Below, piece by piece: positions 7,595 through 17,216 of a DNA stretch of 27,891 bases. The position numbers and the translations under genes were made by a program. The notes beneath the pieces are model-generated. The model was not told the origin of the DNA. It did not search any database and saw only the letters and a list, made by a program, of their open reading frames with translations. The stretch comes from an uncultured delta proteobacterium (GTDB lineage: Bacteria > Desulfobacterota > Binatia > UBA9968), in the NCBI GenBank assembly GCA_963840855.1, contig CAWJBB010000022.1, positions 1-27,891 of the forward strand. The letters run 5' to 3'. The stretch's first letter is position 1. Each line of letters starts with the position of its first letter.

Positions 7595-10500
7595 CTAACT
7601 GTTACGGGCTTGGGAAGTCAAGGCTTCGGGTTGCGGCGCCGCGTCCGTGGGAGGAAGTTCGACTGAGTAAGGAAGCCAAAATGTGAACCTAGAGCCTTTT
7701 CCCGGCGCGCTTTCGACGCGGACACCGCCTTGCATGAGTTCGAGATTTTTTTTCACGATACTCAGTCCGAGACCGACGCCGTCGTTTTTGCTCTTGCCGG
7801 GACTTTTAACCTGTTCGAACTTTTCAAAGATCCGATCCAGGTCGTGAGCGTCAATGCCGATGCCGGTGTCGGCGACGGAGAATTCTACCCTTTGGAGCTC
7901 CGGTCGATGACGCGCCGAGATGTCGATGCGCCCGGCGGTAGTAAACTTAAAGGCGTTGCCGATCAGGTTGTGCAAAACTTCTTCGAACTTCACCGGATCG
8001 GTGAAAAGCCGCGGCAGGCCATCGTCGACATGCCAGCCGATTTCAAGTTGGTTGTTGGGATTCAGTTGCGCGACGTGGTCGCGCCCATGCTGCAAGACTT
8101 CGGTGATATCCACTTCGGCGGGCTCCAGGGCCATGCGTTTGGCTTCGAGGCGCGAAAGCTTCAGCAGATCGTTGATCATTTTTAACAGCACATGGCCGTT
8201 GCGCGCGATTTTGCGCATGGCGCTCTTCTGTTCGTTATTGATTTCGCCGAAGATTCCATCGTGGGTGACATCGGCGTTGCCGATCATAATGTTCAGAGGC
8301 GTGCGCAGCTCGTGGGACATGGCGGCGATAAACTCCGACTTGGCCTGGGTGGCCGCGCGCAGTTCCTCATTGATTTTTTCCAGCTCGGCGGACTGCTTTT
8401 TGATCTCTGCGAACAGCTTGGCGTTTTCCACCGCGACGCCGATCTCTTGCGCCACCGACTCGAGGAGGCGGAGCTCATCCGCCGTATAGCTTCGGCTCTG
8501 CCAGTTGACCGCGTATAAGACACCGATGACCTTTTCCCTGGCCTTGATCGGTACCGCGATGCTGCCGCGATAACCCCGCCGGTGGACCCGGTTGAGCGAC
8601 AAGACCGCGCGGTAGCGCTCCAGCTCCGGCCCGTCCTCTAGAGCCAAGCGCCGCCCGCTCGACACCACCGTCTTGCCGATGCCGCTTCTGGCGCTTTGAG
8701 CAGCCAGCATTTGAGCCGTTTCACTGCTGAGGCCCTTGTAGGCTTTGAGGTGCAATTTCTGCTCTTGCTTCTCCATCATATACGCCCAAGCGGCGTCGAA
8801 CTTGAGAACGCTAACGACCCTGTCGAGGGCCTCACGTAACACCGTCTCCAAATCCAGGGAGCGGCTTACCGCCGCCGCCACTTCATTAAGAACCATCAAG
8901 TGCTCCGACTTGGAGCGTGCCTGGTGGTACAATGAGGAGTTTTCCACCGCCACGCCGAGTTGCTCCGCCATGGAGCCCAAAAGCCGAATTTCTTCTTGCT
9001 TGAGTGATCGGCTCAACTTGCCGCCAAAGACCAGCGCGCCATAGCAGGAATGTTTGGTCTTAACCGGAAAGGCTGCGAGAAAGCCCATGCCGGCCATGCC
9101 ACTGGCGCGGCTCTCGCTCATCTCGGGATAGTCTGCATTGTTCGCAACATCTTCAAAAATCTTGGGCTGGGCGGTTTCGACGACTTTTCCTACGATGCTT
9201 TGGCCGCGCCTGAAACTGGCGATATCGACCCACGGCTCCGGATTCACTTCAAAACAGCCGCGCAATGAGATGAGATCAGTGTCGGGATCGTAAAGATAAA
9301 CCCGGGTCGTATCGAAACCGAATAGCGCAGTGATTTTCTTAATTACCGCGTCCAAGACAGCCTCGACCTCAAGGCTCTGGCTCACCATGGCGGTGATTTC
9401 GTAGAGCGCCGAGATTTCCTGAGTGCGTTGTTCGACTCGCTGCTCCAGGGTTGCTCTGGACTGCTCCAACGCTATGGTCATGTGATTGAACTCTTTGGCG
9501 AGCTCCTCGATTTCGTCGCCGGTATTCACCTGGGCGCGGTGCGTCAAATCGCCCTGCCGGATGGTTTCGACGCTGTCCCGGAGTTCCTGAATCGGCCGGG
9601 AAATTCGGCGGCTCAACCAGACAATAACGGCCGCGCCCACGAGAAGCCCCGCGGCAAGCAGCGCCAGCGCGTGAACGTAGAGGTCCCGCAATTCGGCCAC
9701 GACAGCCTCCAGGGGTTCTTCCACGATGACACCCCAACCGAGATCCGGGATGCGCAAATAGGTGCTCAAGACTGCCTCGTCGGCGACGCCGACGACTTCC
9801 GTAGCGGGAGTAACGTCGGCGCTACTGCTGGCGAGAAACTGCCGCACTTTGGGCAGATCACGAAGATTGCGCTTGACCAGCGAATAAGAGGGATCGGGGT
9901 GGGCGATGAGCCAGCCAGAATCATCGATTACATAGGCGTTGCCGCGGCGGCCGAATCTCACATCTCTGATAGCCGGCCGCGAGAAAATCCAGTCTGGCTC
10001 GCGCCGTCAGCGCGCCGGCCAGTCGGCCTGCACCGTCTCTAAGAGGCACCGCCAATGTCACCCACGACGGCCCTGAGGGGCGCGCTCCGGGCGTTGTCTT
10101 GATATACGATTTTCCCGCGACGGCCGCGAGATATTCGGGCGCGTTAATAAAATCGCCGCGCGACGAGACTGTGTCGCAATTAGCCGTTCGCCCTTCGACC
10201 CTTCGAGGGGCCTCAGGGCGGGCCCCCTCGACAGCCTTTAGTCCCGAGCCTGTCGAGGGGTCAGAACGAACGGGTAAGTCTTTGAATTTCGGAGTGCCAC
10301 CATCCGTTCGTGGTGAGCCTTTCGAACCATGAACAGAATTTCGACACAGTCTCGGTGCGAGGGCACTAGCCTTGCGTGCAGAGAGCCGGAACAGAGCAAC
10401 TCCTTGTGCGTTAATGACCGCGACTTCCTCGATTGACCCATCGTTTTTCAGAAGCAGACTGGCCAAACGGCGCTGCTGTTCTCCGCCGGCGGAGAACACC

Positions 10501-10748
10501 ATCATGGCGGCGCCGGCGTTTTCCAGACGCTCGATCTCGCGGCGCAGGAAGGTTTGCATGCGAACCGCGGTGAACAACGCCACCTCGGCCTGCAGGCGCG
10601 CCGTCGACTCGCGCATGGCGTGGTGAGTATACAGCGATCCGGCGAAGGTATTGATGAGCAGTGCCAAGGCGAGAAGGCTTAGCCCCCACGCCATAAGTCG
10701 GCGTTCAATGCGCCCCCTGCGCGGATGTTGCGCTAGTGGATAGTGCAT
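7595..10748 (-). pseudogene. Membrane sensor histidine kinase (Cache-HAMP-GAF-GAF-HisKA-HATPase), copy 1, split by a +1 frameshift near 9980
   Basis: ORFs 9921-10808 and 7595-9961 together match intact copy 2. Copy 1 reads CCGGCCGCGAGAAAA versus CCGGCCGGAGAAAA in copy 2 (one extra C). H-box SHELRTPLN, N-box NLIGNAFKFT, DTGIGI and GVGLGL are present. Confidence 0.85.
10164..10354. mobile_element. MITE family B (191 bp) inserted in frame in the kinase sensor domain
   Basis: Terminal inverted repeats CGAGACTGTGTCGCAATT / AATTTCGACACAGTCTCG match 17/18. Internal palindromes are CCCCTCGACAG..CTGTCGAGGGG and CCGTTCG..CGAACGG. Confidence 0.8.
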
Positions 10749-10963
10749 TTCAACAAATTTTCGCGGCTTCCGCCGGACAAAGAGACATTGGCATTGAGAC
10801 GGAGCCACATGTGTAATCAGCGGCGGTCGAGCGATAGATAAAGCCCCCGTAGACGAGCTTTACCGCGCTATTCGAGTGTTGCGCTTTCCCCTCGCTCCCG
10901 GAAATGTCCCAATTGGCGACCTACCGCCGAGAAGTCTCGCGGCGTCGAGAGAATCCCGTCACT

Positions 10964-11161
10964 TCAAGAGTGCATTCGCGGCCCATTGGCCGCACCTTGC
11001 GGGTGAACCATGGCCAGTATTTCACTTCTGCTGAAACGCCAGCCACCGCCAAACTTTCTGCCTGGCAACGAACCCTGTTTTACAAGTTTGTAAACCGTGC
11101 GGGGATGAATCTGTAACAGGTCCGCCACCTGATTTGCTGTAAGAATTTCTTCAACCTGCAT
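10964..11161 (-). CDS. Helix-turn-helix domain protein, HTH_17/excisionase-like (copy 1)
   Basis: 65 aa, ILTANQVADLLQIHPRTVYKLVKQGSLPGRKFGGGWRF; GGAGGA RBS before ATG 11161. Confidence 0.9.
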   Translation of the reverse strand: MQVEEILTANQVADLLQIHPRTVYKLVKQGSLPGRKFGGGWRFSRSEILAMVHPQGAANGPRMHS

Positions 11162-11206
11162 ATGTCCTCCATAGAATACTTCGGAATTTAGCCCCTTACT
11201 CTTAAG

Positions 11207-11221
11207 GCAGGAGCCATGCCA
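11207..11221 (-). promoter_or_regulatory. Candidate sigma54 (-24/-12) promoter (copy 1)
   Basis: Minus strand TGGCATGGCTCCTGC has correct GG-N10-GC spacing, 45 nt upstream of the HTH ATG, and is identical in copy 2. Confidence 0.6.
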
Positions 11222-11259
11222 GCCGGCACCACGATACCCGCAAAGCGAAACTTTCGTGA

Positions 11260-11340
11260 TTACAATGACTTGAAAGTTTACGGAAGAGAGGAAATTTCCC
11301 GAGAGGTTAAAAAAACCGCCATGAGTGACGGAAATTGGCA
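11260..11340. promoter_or_regulatory. Candidate IHF site (11260-11272) and activator/enhancer site (11326-11340) upstream of the sigma54 promoter
   Basis: TTACAATGACTTG partly matches WATCAANNNNTTR. TGACGGAAATTGGCA is an imperfect TGNCA-N5-TGNCA-like palindrome ~110 bp upstream of the -24 box. Both are retained in copy 2. Confidence 0.35.
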
Positions 11341-11378
11341 ACGATGGGTGGCGGTTTCAAGGGAAATCATAAAACCGC

Positions 11379-11912
11379 TCATTGAGCGAGTCGGAGGATC
11401 ACTGCGACGGACTTCTGGCACAGTAGTAACTTCGTGGGACAATCAAGGAGCCAATCTCCAAGAGCCAGTATCTTGCTAATTTCCTGCCCCGCCGCCGCCG
11501 CTCGGGAACTTTCAACATACTGCTCAAACAGCGGAAACAGTTCCCGTTCTTCCCTACGGATGTGACGTTCGAGTAAATCACCCAGATCGAAAATCAGTTT
11601 ACTCACGCCCGTTCCGGCCGCTAGTGCTTCGACTCCTTGCCGGAAACTTTCGTGGTCGCGCAACAAGTCGTCCAGCAACCCCGCGCTTTGCGGCGCCGCC
11701 GCGCGCATCAACGGAAACAAAACTTCCTCTTCGGCGCGAAAATGTGGAATCAGCTGTTTATCGAAAAACTCGCGCAACTCCGCTGCGCGGAGCCGGAGTC
11801 CCTCGGCGCCCATGGGCTTCAACTGTCCGAGAGACTGTTTACGGCAGCGCAGAGCGAGGGCCAAACCGTGATGATGATCGTGGGATAATGGAGTGAGGCT
11901 CGGATGGCGCAT
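11379..11912 (-). CDS. Hemerythrin/HHE domain protein (copy 2) with a junction-derived C-terminal extension
   Basis: Nearly identical to copy 1 up to ...EISKILA, then reads across the duplication junction (LGDWLLDC...RLAQ*) instead of TGQI*. Confidence 0.8.
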   Translation of the reverse strand: MRHPSLTPLSHDHHHGLALALRCRKQSLGQLKPMGAEGLRLRAAELREFFDKQLIPHFRAEEEVLFPLMRAAAPQSAGLLDDLLRDHESFRQGVEALAAGTGVSKLIFDLGDLLERHIRREERELFPLFEQYVESSRAAAAGQEISKILALGDWLLDCPTKLLLCQKSVAVILRLAQ

Positions 11913-11924
11913 CGACCTTAAAAC

Positions 11925-11992
11925 GGAGTGATGAAGTATTGGAGTGGTGGAGTGATGGATTCCTCACCGTTACTCTGTTACTACAGCACTCC
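11925..11992. repeat. Inverted 8-nt tandem repeat (copy 2 of 6066-6133)
   Basis: GGAGTGAT-GAAGTATT-GGAGTGGT-GGAGTGAT ... GTTACTCT-GTTACTAC-AGCACTCC. Confidence 0.75.
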
Positions 11993-12006
11993 CAGGGTAT
12001 TTTAGT

Positions 12007-13182
12007 TTAAATCACGCCCTTGTTTCGCAGTGACGCCAACGCCGCCGCGTCGTATCCCAGCGAGTTTAGGATTTCGTCGGTGTGCTCGCCCAAAACCGGC
12101 GGTGGGCTGTCGATCGAAGGCGGTGTGCGGCTCATGTCGACGGCATTACCCACCAGTTTCACTTTGCCCATCTTGGGATGCTCTACTTCGATGGGGAAGC
12201 CGTAGCTCTTCACCTGTGGATCGGCGAAAACCTCGTCAAGCGTATTGATGGGCGCAGCGGGTACGTCTTTTTCAATCAGCCGCTTCAACCATTCGTCGCG
12301 ACGACCGGTGCGGAAAATCGGCGTTAGCCGCTCGACCAAAAGATCGTAATTTTCCACCCGGCCTTTGCGATTATTGAGTCGCGCGTCTTGCGCCCATTCG
12401 GGCTTGCCGACAACGTCAAAAAGCCCGAGCCAAAATTTATCCGGCGACGACATATGGAGCACGAAAGGCAAACCGTCCCGGTCTTCGAATGCGAAAACAC
12501 CGGCGGTCGTTGTCCGATGCTTACGCCGCGGCACATGTCCGGTTTCGAAAAAGCGCGCCGCGTTCTCGCCTACGAACGACACCGAGGCGCGCAGCAGCGA
12601 CGTTTCCACAAGTTGCCCTTCGCCGGTCAACATGCGGTTCATCAACGCCGCCAACACGCCGTAGCAGGCGTACATGCCGGTGAGGTGATCGGAAAATGAG
12701 ATGCCCATGCCCTGAGGTTTCCCGGGATCGGTCACGAGGCTGAGAATTCCACTGCGCGCCTGCCCAATGGTGTCGTAGCCGGGCATATTACGATAGGGGC
12801 CCCTGGGTCCGAAACCGGAAATGGAACAATAGACGATTCTCGGATTGATTGCCTTGACCCTCTCGTAGCCCAAACCGTATTTCTCCATGACACCGGGCCG
12901 AAAGTTCTGAATTAGCGCGTCGGCATTTTTCGCCAGCTCGAGCGCGACGTCTCTTCCCTCTTCGGTGCGAAGATCGAGAGTGACGCTTTTTTTGTTGCGA
13001 TTGAGGCTGCAAAAGGTCGCTGCGTAGTTGCGCTCGCCCCAGCCGCGAAACGGATCGCCGCGCTTGGGCTCCTCGATCTTGATGACCTCCGCTCCCATGT
13101 CCGCCAGCAACTGAGCCGCGAAAGGGCCGGTGACGTAACTCGCCGTTTCTATTATTTTGATTCCTGAAAGAGCGCCGCTCAT
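12007..13182 (-). CDS. Family III CoA-transferase (copy 2)
   Basis: 391 aa with 6 amino-acid differences from copy 1. Confidence 0.95.
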   Translation of the reverse strand: MSGALSGIKIIETASYVTGPFAAQLLADMGAEVIKIEEPKRGDPFRGWGERNYAATFCSLNRNKKSVTLDLRTEEGRDVALELAKNADALIQNFRPGVMEKYGLGYERVKAINPRIVYCSISGFGPRGPYRNMPGYDTIGQARSGILSLVTDPGKPQGMGISFSDHLTGMYACYGVLAALMNRMLTGEGQLVETSLLRASVSFVGENAARFFETGHVPRRKHRTTTAGVFAFEDRDGLPFVLHMSSPDKFWLGLFDVVGKPEWAQDARLNNRKGRVENYDLLVERLTPIFRTGRRDEWLKRLIEKDVPAAPINTLDEVFADPQVKSYGFPIEVEHPKMGKVKLVGNAVDMSRTPPSIDSPPPVLGEHTDEILNSLGYDAAALASLRNKGVI

Positions 13183-13296
13183 GAAAACAACCCGCCGCGG
13201 CCCGTATTGAACGTGCCGAAAGATTTTTAGCGCTCGTCAAGGTTTACCGCAAAAGGGAATTGACCCCAGAAGACAACAATTGGCCACAAGGCGCGA

Positions 13297-13395
13297 GTTC
13301 CAGTCGTTCAATATGTTCGAATGGTTCCAGACGTGCAGAGATATCCGGATTCGGTCTTAAACGACTTGAACGTTTGTGACCGTCGCGGTGGATCC
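13297..13395. repeat. Degraded copy of the 9-nt inverted tandem repeat
   Basis: GTTCCAGTC-GTTCAATAT-GTTCGAATG-GTTCCAGAC ... GACTTGAAC-GTTTGTGAC, with many indels relative to 7434-7524. Confidence 0.65.
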
Positions 13396-13498
13396 AGCAT
13401 CTTCTCTAGCCGACCTTTGCGCCATCCGTGGTTAGCCACTGAGAAACTTCGATAACCTAGGCTCTATCGCGCTAGACTGTTACGGGCTTGGGAATTGC

Positions 13499-16400
13499 TC
13501 AAGGCTCGGGTTGCGGCGCCGCGTCCCTGGGAGGAAATCCGACCGAGTAAGGAAGCCAAAATGTGAATCTAGAGCCTTTTCCCGGCGCGCTGTCGACGCG
13601 GACACCGCCTTGCATGAGTTCGAGATTTTTTTTCACGATACTCAGGCCGAGACCGACGCCGTCGTTTTTGCTCTTGCCGGGACTCTTAACCTGTTCGAAC
13701 TTTTCAAAGATCCGATCCAGGTCCTGAGCGTCAATGCCAATGCCGGTGTCGGCGACGGAGAATTCTACCCTTTGGAGCTCCGGTCGATGACGCGCCGAGA
13801 TGTCGATGCGCCCGGCGGTAGTAAACTTAAAGGCGTTGCCGATCAGGTTGTGCAAAACTTCTTCGAACTTCACCGGATCGGTGAAAAGGCGCGGTAGGCT
13901 ATCGTCGACATGCCAGCCGATTTCAAGTTGGTTGTTGGGATTCAGTTGCGCGACATGGTCGTGCCCATGCTGTAAAACTTCGATGATATCCACCTCGGCG
14001 GGCTCCAGGGCCATGCGCTTGGCTTCGAGGCGCGAAAGCTTCAGCAGATCGTTGATCATTTTCAACAGCACATGGCCGTTGCGCGCGATTTTGCGCATGG
14101 CGATCTTCTGTTCGTTATTGATTTCGCCGAAGATCCCATCGTGGGTGACATCGGCGTTGCCGATCATAATGTTCAGAGGCGTGCGCAGCTCGTGGGACAT
14201 GGCGGCGATAAACTCCGACTTGGCCTGCGTGGCCGCGCGCAGTTCCTCATTGATTTTTTCCAGCTCGGCGGACTGCTTTTTGATCTCTGCGAACAGCTTG
14301 GCGTTTTCCACCGCGACGCCGATCTCTTGCGCCACCGACTCGAGGAGGCGGAGCTCATCCGCCGTGTAGCTTCGGCTCTGCCAGTTGACCGCGTATAAGA
14401 CACCGATGACCTTTTCCCTGGCCTTGATCGGTGCCGCGATGCTGCCGCGATAACCCCGCCGGTGGACCCGGTTGAGTGACAAGACCGCGCGGTAGCGCTC
14501 CAGCTCCGGCCCGTCCTCTAAAGCCAACCGCCGCCCGCTCGACACCACCGTCTTGCCGATGCCGCTTCTGGCGCTTTGAGCAGCCAGCATTTGAGCCATT
14601 TCACTGCTGAGGCCCTTGTAGGCTTTGAGATGCAATTTCTGCTCTTGCTTTTCCATCATATACGCCCAAGCGGCGTCGAACTTGAGCACGCCAACGACCC
14701 TGTCGAGGGCCTCGCGTAACACCGTCTCCAAATCCAGGGAGCGGCTTACCGCCGCCGCCACTTCATTAAGAACCATCAAGTGCTCCGACTTGGAGCGTGC
14801 CTGGTGGTACAGTGAAGAGTTTTCCACCGCCACCCCGAGTTGCTCCGCCATAGAGCCCAATAGCCGAATTTCTTCTTGCTTGAGCGATCGGCTCAACTTG
14901 CCGCCAAAGACCAGCGCGCCATAACAGGAATGTTTGGTCTTAACCGGAAAGGCTGCCAGAAAGCCCATGCCAGCCATGCCACTGGCGCGGCTCTCGCTCA
15001 TCTCGGGATAGTCTGTATTGTTCGCGACATCTTCAAAAATCTTGGGCTGCGCGGTTTCGACGACTTTTCCTACGATGCTCTGGCCGCGCCTGAAACTGGC
15101 GATATTGACCCACGGCTCCGGATTCACTTCAAAACAGCCGCGCAATGAGATGAGATCACTGTCGGGATCGTAAAGATAAACCCGGGTCGTATCGAAACCG
15201 AATAGCGCAGTGATTCTCTTAATTACCGCGTCCAAGACAGCCTCGACCTCGAGGCTCTGGCTCACCATGGCGGTGATTTCGTAGAGCGCCGAGATTTCCT
15301 GAGTTCGTTGTTCGACTCGTTGCTCCAGAGTTGCTCTGGACTGCTCCAACTCTGTGGTCATGTGATTGAACTCTTTGGCGAGCTCTTCGATTTCGTCGCC
15401 GGTATTCACCTGGGCACGGTGCGTCAAATCGCCCTGCCGAATAGTTTCGACGCTGTCCCGGAGTTTCTGAATCGGCCGGGAAATTCGTCGGCTCAACCAG
15501 ACGATAACGGCCGCGCCCACGAGAAGCCCGGCGGCAAGCAGCGCCAGCGCATGAACGTAGAGGTCCCGCAATTCGGCCACGACAGCCTCCAGGGGTTCTT
15601 CCACGATGACGCCCCAACCGAGATCCGGGATGCGCAAATAGGTGCTCAAGACCGCCTCGTCGGCGACGCCGACGACTTCCGTAGCGGGAGTGGCGTCGGC
15701 GCTACTGGTGGCGAGAAACTGCCGCACTTTGGGCAGATCACGAAGATTGAGTCTGACTAGCGAATAAGAGGGATCGGGGTGGGCGATGAGCCAGCCAGAA
15801 TCATCGATTATATAGGCGGTGCCGCGCCGGCCGAATCTCACATCGCTGATAGCCGGCCGGAGAAAATCCAGTCTGGCTCGCACCGTCAGCGCGCCGGCCA
15901 GCCGGCCTGCACCGTCTCTAAGAGGCACCGCCAATGTCACCCGCGACGGGCCTGAGGGGCGCTCTCCGGGCGTTGCCTTGACATACGACTTTCCCGCGAC
16001 GGCCGCGAGATATTCGGGCGCGTTGATAAAATCGCCGCGCGACGAGACTCTGTCGCAATTACTCGTTATCCCTTCCACCGTTCGAGGGGCCTCAGGGCGG
16101 GCCCCCTCGACAGCCTTTAATCCCGAGCCTGTCGAGGGGTTAGAACGAACGGGTAACTTATAGAATTTCGGAGTGCCAACATCCGTTCGTGGCGAGTCTG
16201 TCGGACCATGAACAGAGTTTTGACACAGTTTCGGTGCGCGGAAATTAGCCTTGTCTGCGGAAAGCCGAAACAGAGCAACTCCTTGTGCGTTAGTGACCGC
16301 GATTTCCTCGATTGACCCATCGTTTTTTAGAAGCAGACTGGCCAAACGGCGCTGCTGTTCTCCGCCAGCGGAGAACACCATCATAGCGGCGCCGGCGTTT

Positions 16401-16627
16401 TCTAGACGCTCAATTTCGCGGCGCAGGAAGGTTTGCATGCGAACCGCGGTGAACAACGCCACCTCGGCCTGCAGGCGCGCCGTCGACTCGCGCATGGCGT
16501 GGTGAGTATACAGCGATCCAGCGAAGGTATTGACGAGCAGTGCCAAGGCGAGAAGGCTTAGCCCCCACGCCATGAGTCGGCGTTCAATGTGCCTGCTGCC
16601 CAGATGTTGGGCTAATGAATAGCGCAT
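13499..16627 (-). CDS. Membrane sensor histidine kinase (TM-dCache-TM-HAMP-GAF-GAF-HisKA-HATPase_c), copy 2, intact
   Basis: Two TM helices, Cache motif AYIIDDSGWLIAHPD, HAMP (ISRPIQKL..GDL...DEIEELAKEFNHM), two GAF domains ending QLGVAVEN and EIGVAVEN, and H/N/G1/F/G2 boxes. No receiver domain. Start taken at ATG 16627. Confidence 0.92.
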   Translation of the reverse strand: MRYSLAQHLGSRHIERRLMAWGLSLLALALLVNTFAGSLYTHHAMRESTARLQAEVALFTAVRMQTFLRREIERLENAGAAMMVFSAGGEQQRRLASLLLKNDGSIEEIAVTNAQGVALFRLSADKANFRAPKLCQNSVHGPTDSPRTDVGTPKFYKLPVRSNPSTGSGLKAVEGARPEAPRTVEGITSNCDRVSSRGDFINAPEYLAAVAGKSYVKATPGERPSGPSRVTLAVPLRDGAGRLAGALTVRARLDFLRPAISDVRFGRRGTAYIIDDSGWLIAHPDPSYSLVRLNLRDLPKVRQFLATSSADATPATEVVGVADEAVLSTYLRIPDLGWGVIVEEPLEAVVAELRDLYVHALALLAAGLLVGAAVIVWLSRRISRPIQKLRDSVETIRQGDLTHRAQVNTGDEIEELAKEFNHMTTELEQSRATLEQRVEQRTQEISALYEITAMVSQSLEVEAVLDAVIKRITALFGFDTTRVYLYDPDSDLISLRGCFEVNPEPWVNIASFRRGQSIVGKVVETAQPKIFEDVANNTDYPEMSESRASGMAGMGFLAAFPVKTKHSCYGALVFGGKLSRSLKQEEIRLLGSMAEQLGVAVENSSLYHQARSKSEHLMVLNEVAAAVSRSLDLETVLREALDRVVGVLKFDAAWAYMMEKQEQKLHLKAYKGLSSEMAQMLAAQSARSGIGKTVVSSGRRLALEDGPELERYRAVLSLNRVHRRGYRGSIAAPIKAREKVIGVLYAVNWQSRSYTADELRLLESVAQEIGVAVENAKLFAEIKKQSAELEKINEELRAATQAKSEFIAAMSHELRTPLNIMIGNADVTHDGIFGEINNEQKIAMRKIARNGHVLLKMINDLLKLSRLEAKRMALEPAEVDIIEVLQHGHDHVAQLNPNNQLEIGWHVDDSLPRLFTDPVKFEEVLHNLIGNAFKFTTAGRIDISARHRPELQRVEFSVADTGIGIDAQDLDRIFEKFEQVKSPGKSKNDGVGLGLSIVKKNLELMQGGVRVDSAPGKGSRFTFWLPYSVGFPPRDAAPQPEP
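16043..16233. mobile_element. MITE family B, in-frame copy within kinase copy 2
   Basis: Ends CGAGACTCTGTCGCAATT / AGTTTTGACACAGTTTCG; same length and position as in copy 1. Confidence 0.75.
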
Positions 16628-16633
16628 TTCAAC

Positions 16634-16805
16634 AAATTTTCGCGGCTTCCGCAAATTTTACCGGAGGTCTGTGCCCTTATAGGCGCTTAGGATTTTTCTC
16701 CCGCCAAGTCGCCAAGAACGCCAAGTTCGGATTCATTTTTTCCTTGGCGGCCTTTGCGCCTTTGCGCGAGATATCCCGGCTTTTGGTTGTGGCGGAGCCC
16801 GCTAG
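16634..16805. repeat. Family C element: CGCMAAG x3 / CTTKGCG x3 inverted repeat with a left AAATTTTCGCGG hairpin and a tail ending GCTAG
   Basis: CTCCCGCCAAG-TCGCCAAG-AACGCCAAG-TTCGGA ... CTTGGCG-GC-CTTTGCG-C-CTTTGCGCGAG-ATATCCCG..GGTTGTGGCGGAGCCCGCTAG. Homologous to 20523-20726 and mostly absent from duplication copy 1. Confidence 0.8.
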
Positions 16806-16958
16806 GTGATCAGCGGCGGTCGAGCGATAGATAAAGCCCCCATAGACGAGCTTTACCGCGCTGTTCGAGTGTCGCGCTTTCCCCTTCCGCTCCCGGATAT
16901 GGCCCAATTGGCGACCTACCGCCGAGAAGTCTCGCGGCGTCGAGAGAATCCGGTCACT

Positions 16959-17156
16959 TCAAGAGAGCATTCGCGGCCCATTGGAGGCACCTTGCGGATG
17001 AACCATGGCCAGTATTTCACTTTTGCTGAAACGCCAGCCGCCGCCAAACTTTCTGCCTGGCAACGAACCCTGTTTTACAAGTTTGTAAACCGTGCGGGGA
17101 TGAATCTGTAACAGGTCCGCCACCTGGTTTGCTGTAAGAATTTCTTCAACCTGCAT
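16959..17156 (-). CDS. HTH_17/excisionase-like DNA-binding protein (copy 2)
   Basis: 65 aa, near-identical to copy 1; GGAGGA RBS. Confidence 0.9.
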   Translation of the reverse strand: MQVEEILTANQVADLLQIHPRTVYKLVKQGSLPGRKFGGGWRFSKSEILAMVHPQGASNGPRMLS

Positions 17157-17201
17157 ATGTCCTCCATAGAATACTTCGGAATTTAGCCCCTTACTCTTAA
17201 G

Positions 17202-17216
17202 GCAGGAGCCATGCCA
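17202..17216 (-). promoter_or_regulatory. Candidate sigma54 promoter (copy 2)
   Basis: TGGCATGGCTCCTGC on the minus strand, GG-N10-GC spacing. Confidence 0.6.

Larger units (their letters stand above)
5604..11378. repeat. Copy 1 of a ~5.9 kb diverged tandem duplication
   Basis: Colinear with 11463-17373. Offset is 5859 at the left edge and rises to ~5995 through indels. Same four genes. Confidence 0.95.

Noticed and set aside
10964-11341. 125-aa extended HTH ORF, and a prophage/ICE interpretation of the excisionase-like gene
   Set aside because: The strong RBS supports ATG 11161 and copy 2 lacks the extension. No integrase, att site or phage genes are present.
11221-11380. Possible riboswitch (e.g. 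c-di-GMP-I) upstream of the HTH gene, prompted by CGCAAAGC and inverted repeats
   Set aside because: The motif is on the non-transcribed strand and the GEMM stem arrangement is absent. A sigma54 promoter architecture explains the region better.
16677-16907. 76-aa ORF between the HTH gene and the kinase in copy 2
   Set aside because: The frame is not conserved in copy 1 (2-nt indel, early stop) and half of it is repeat-derived.
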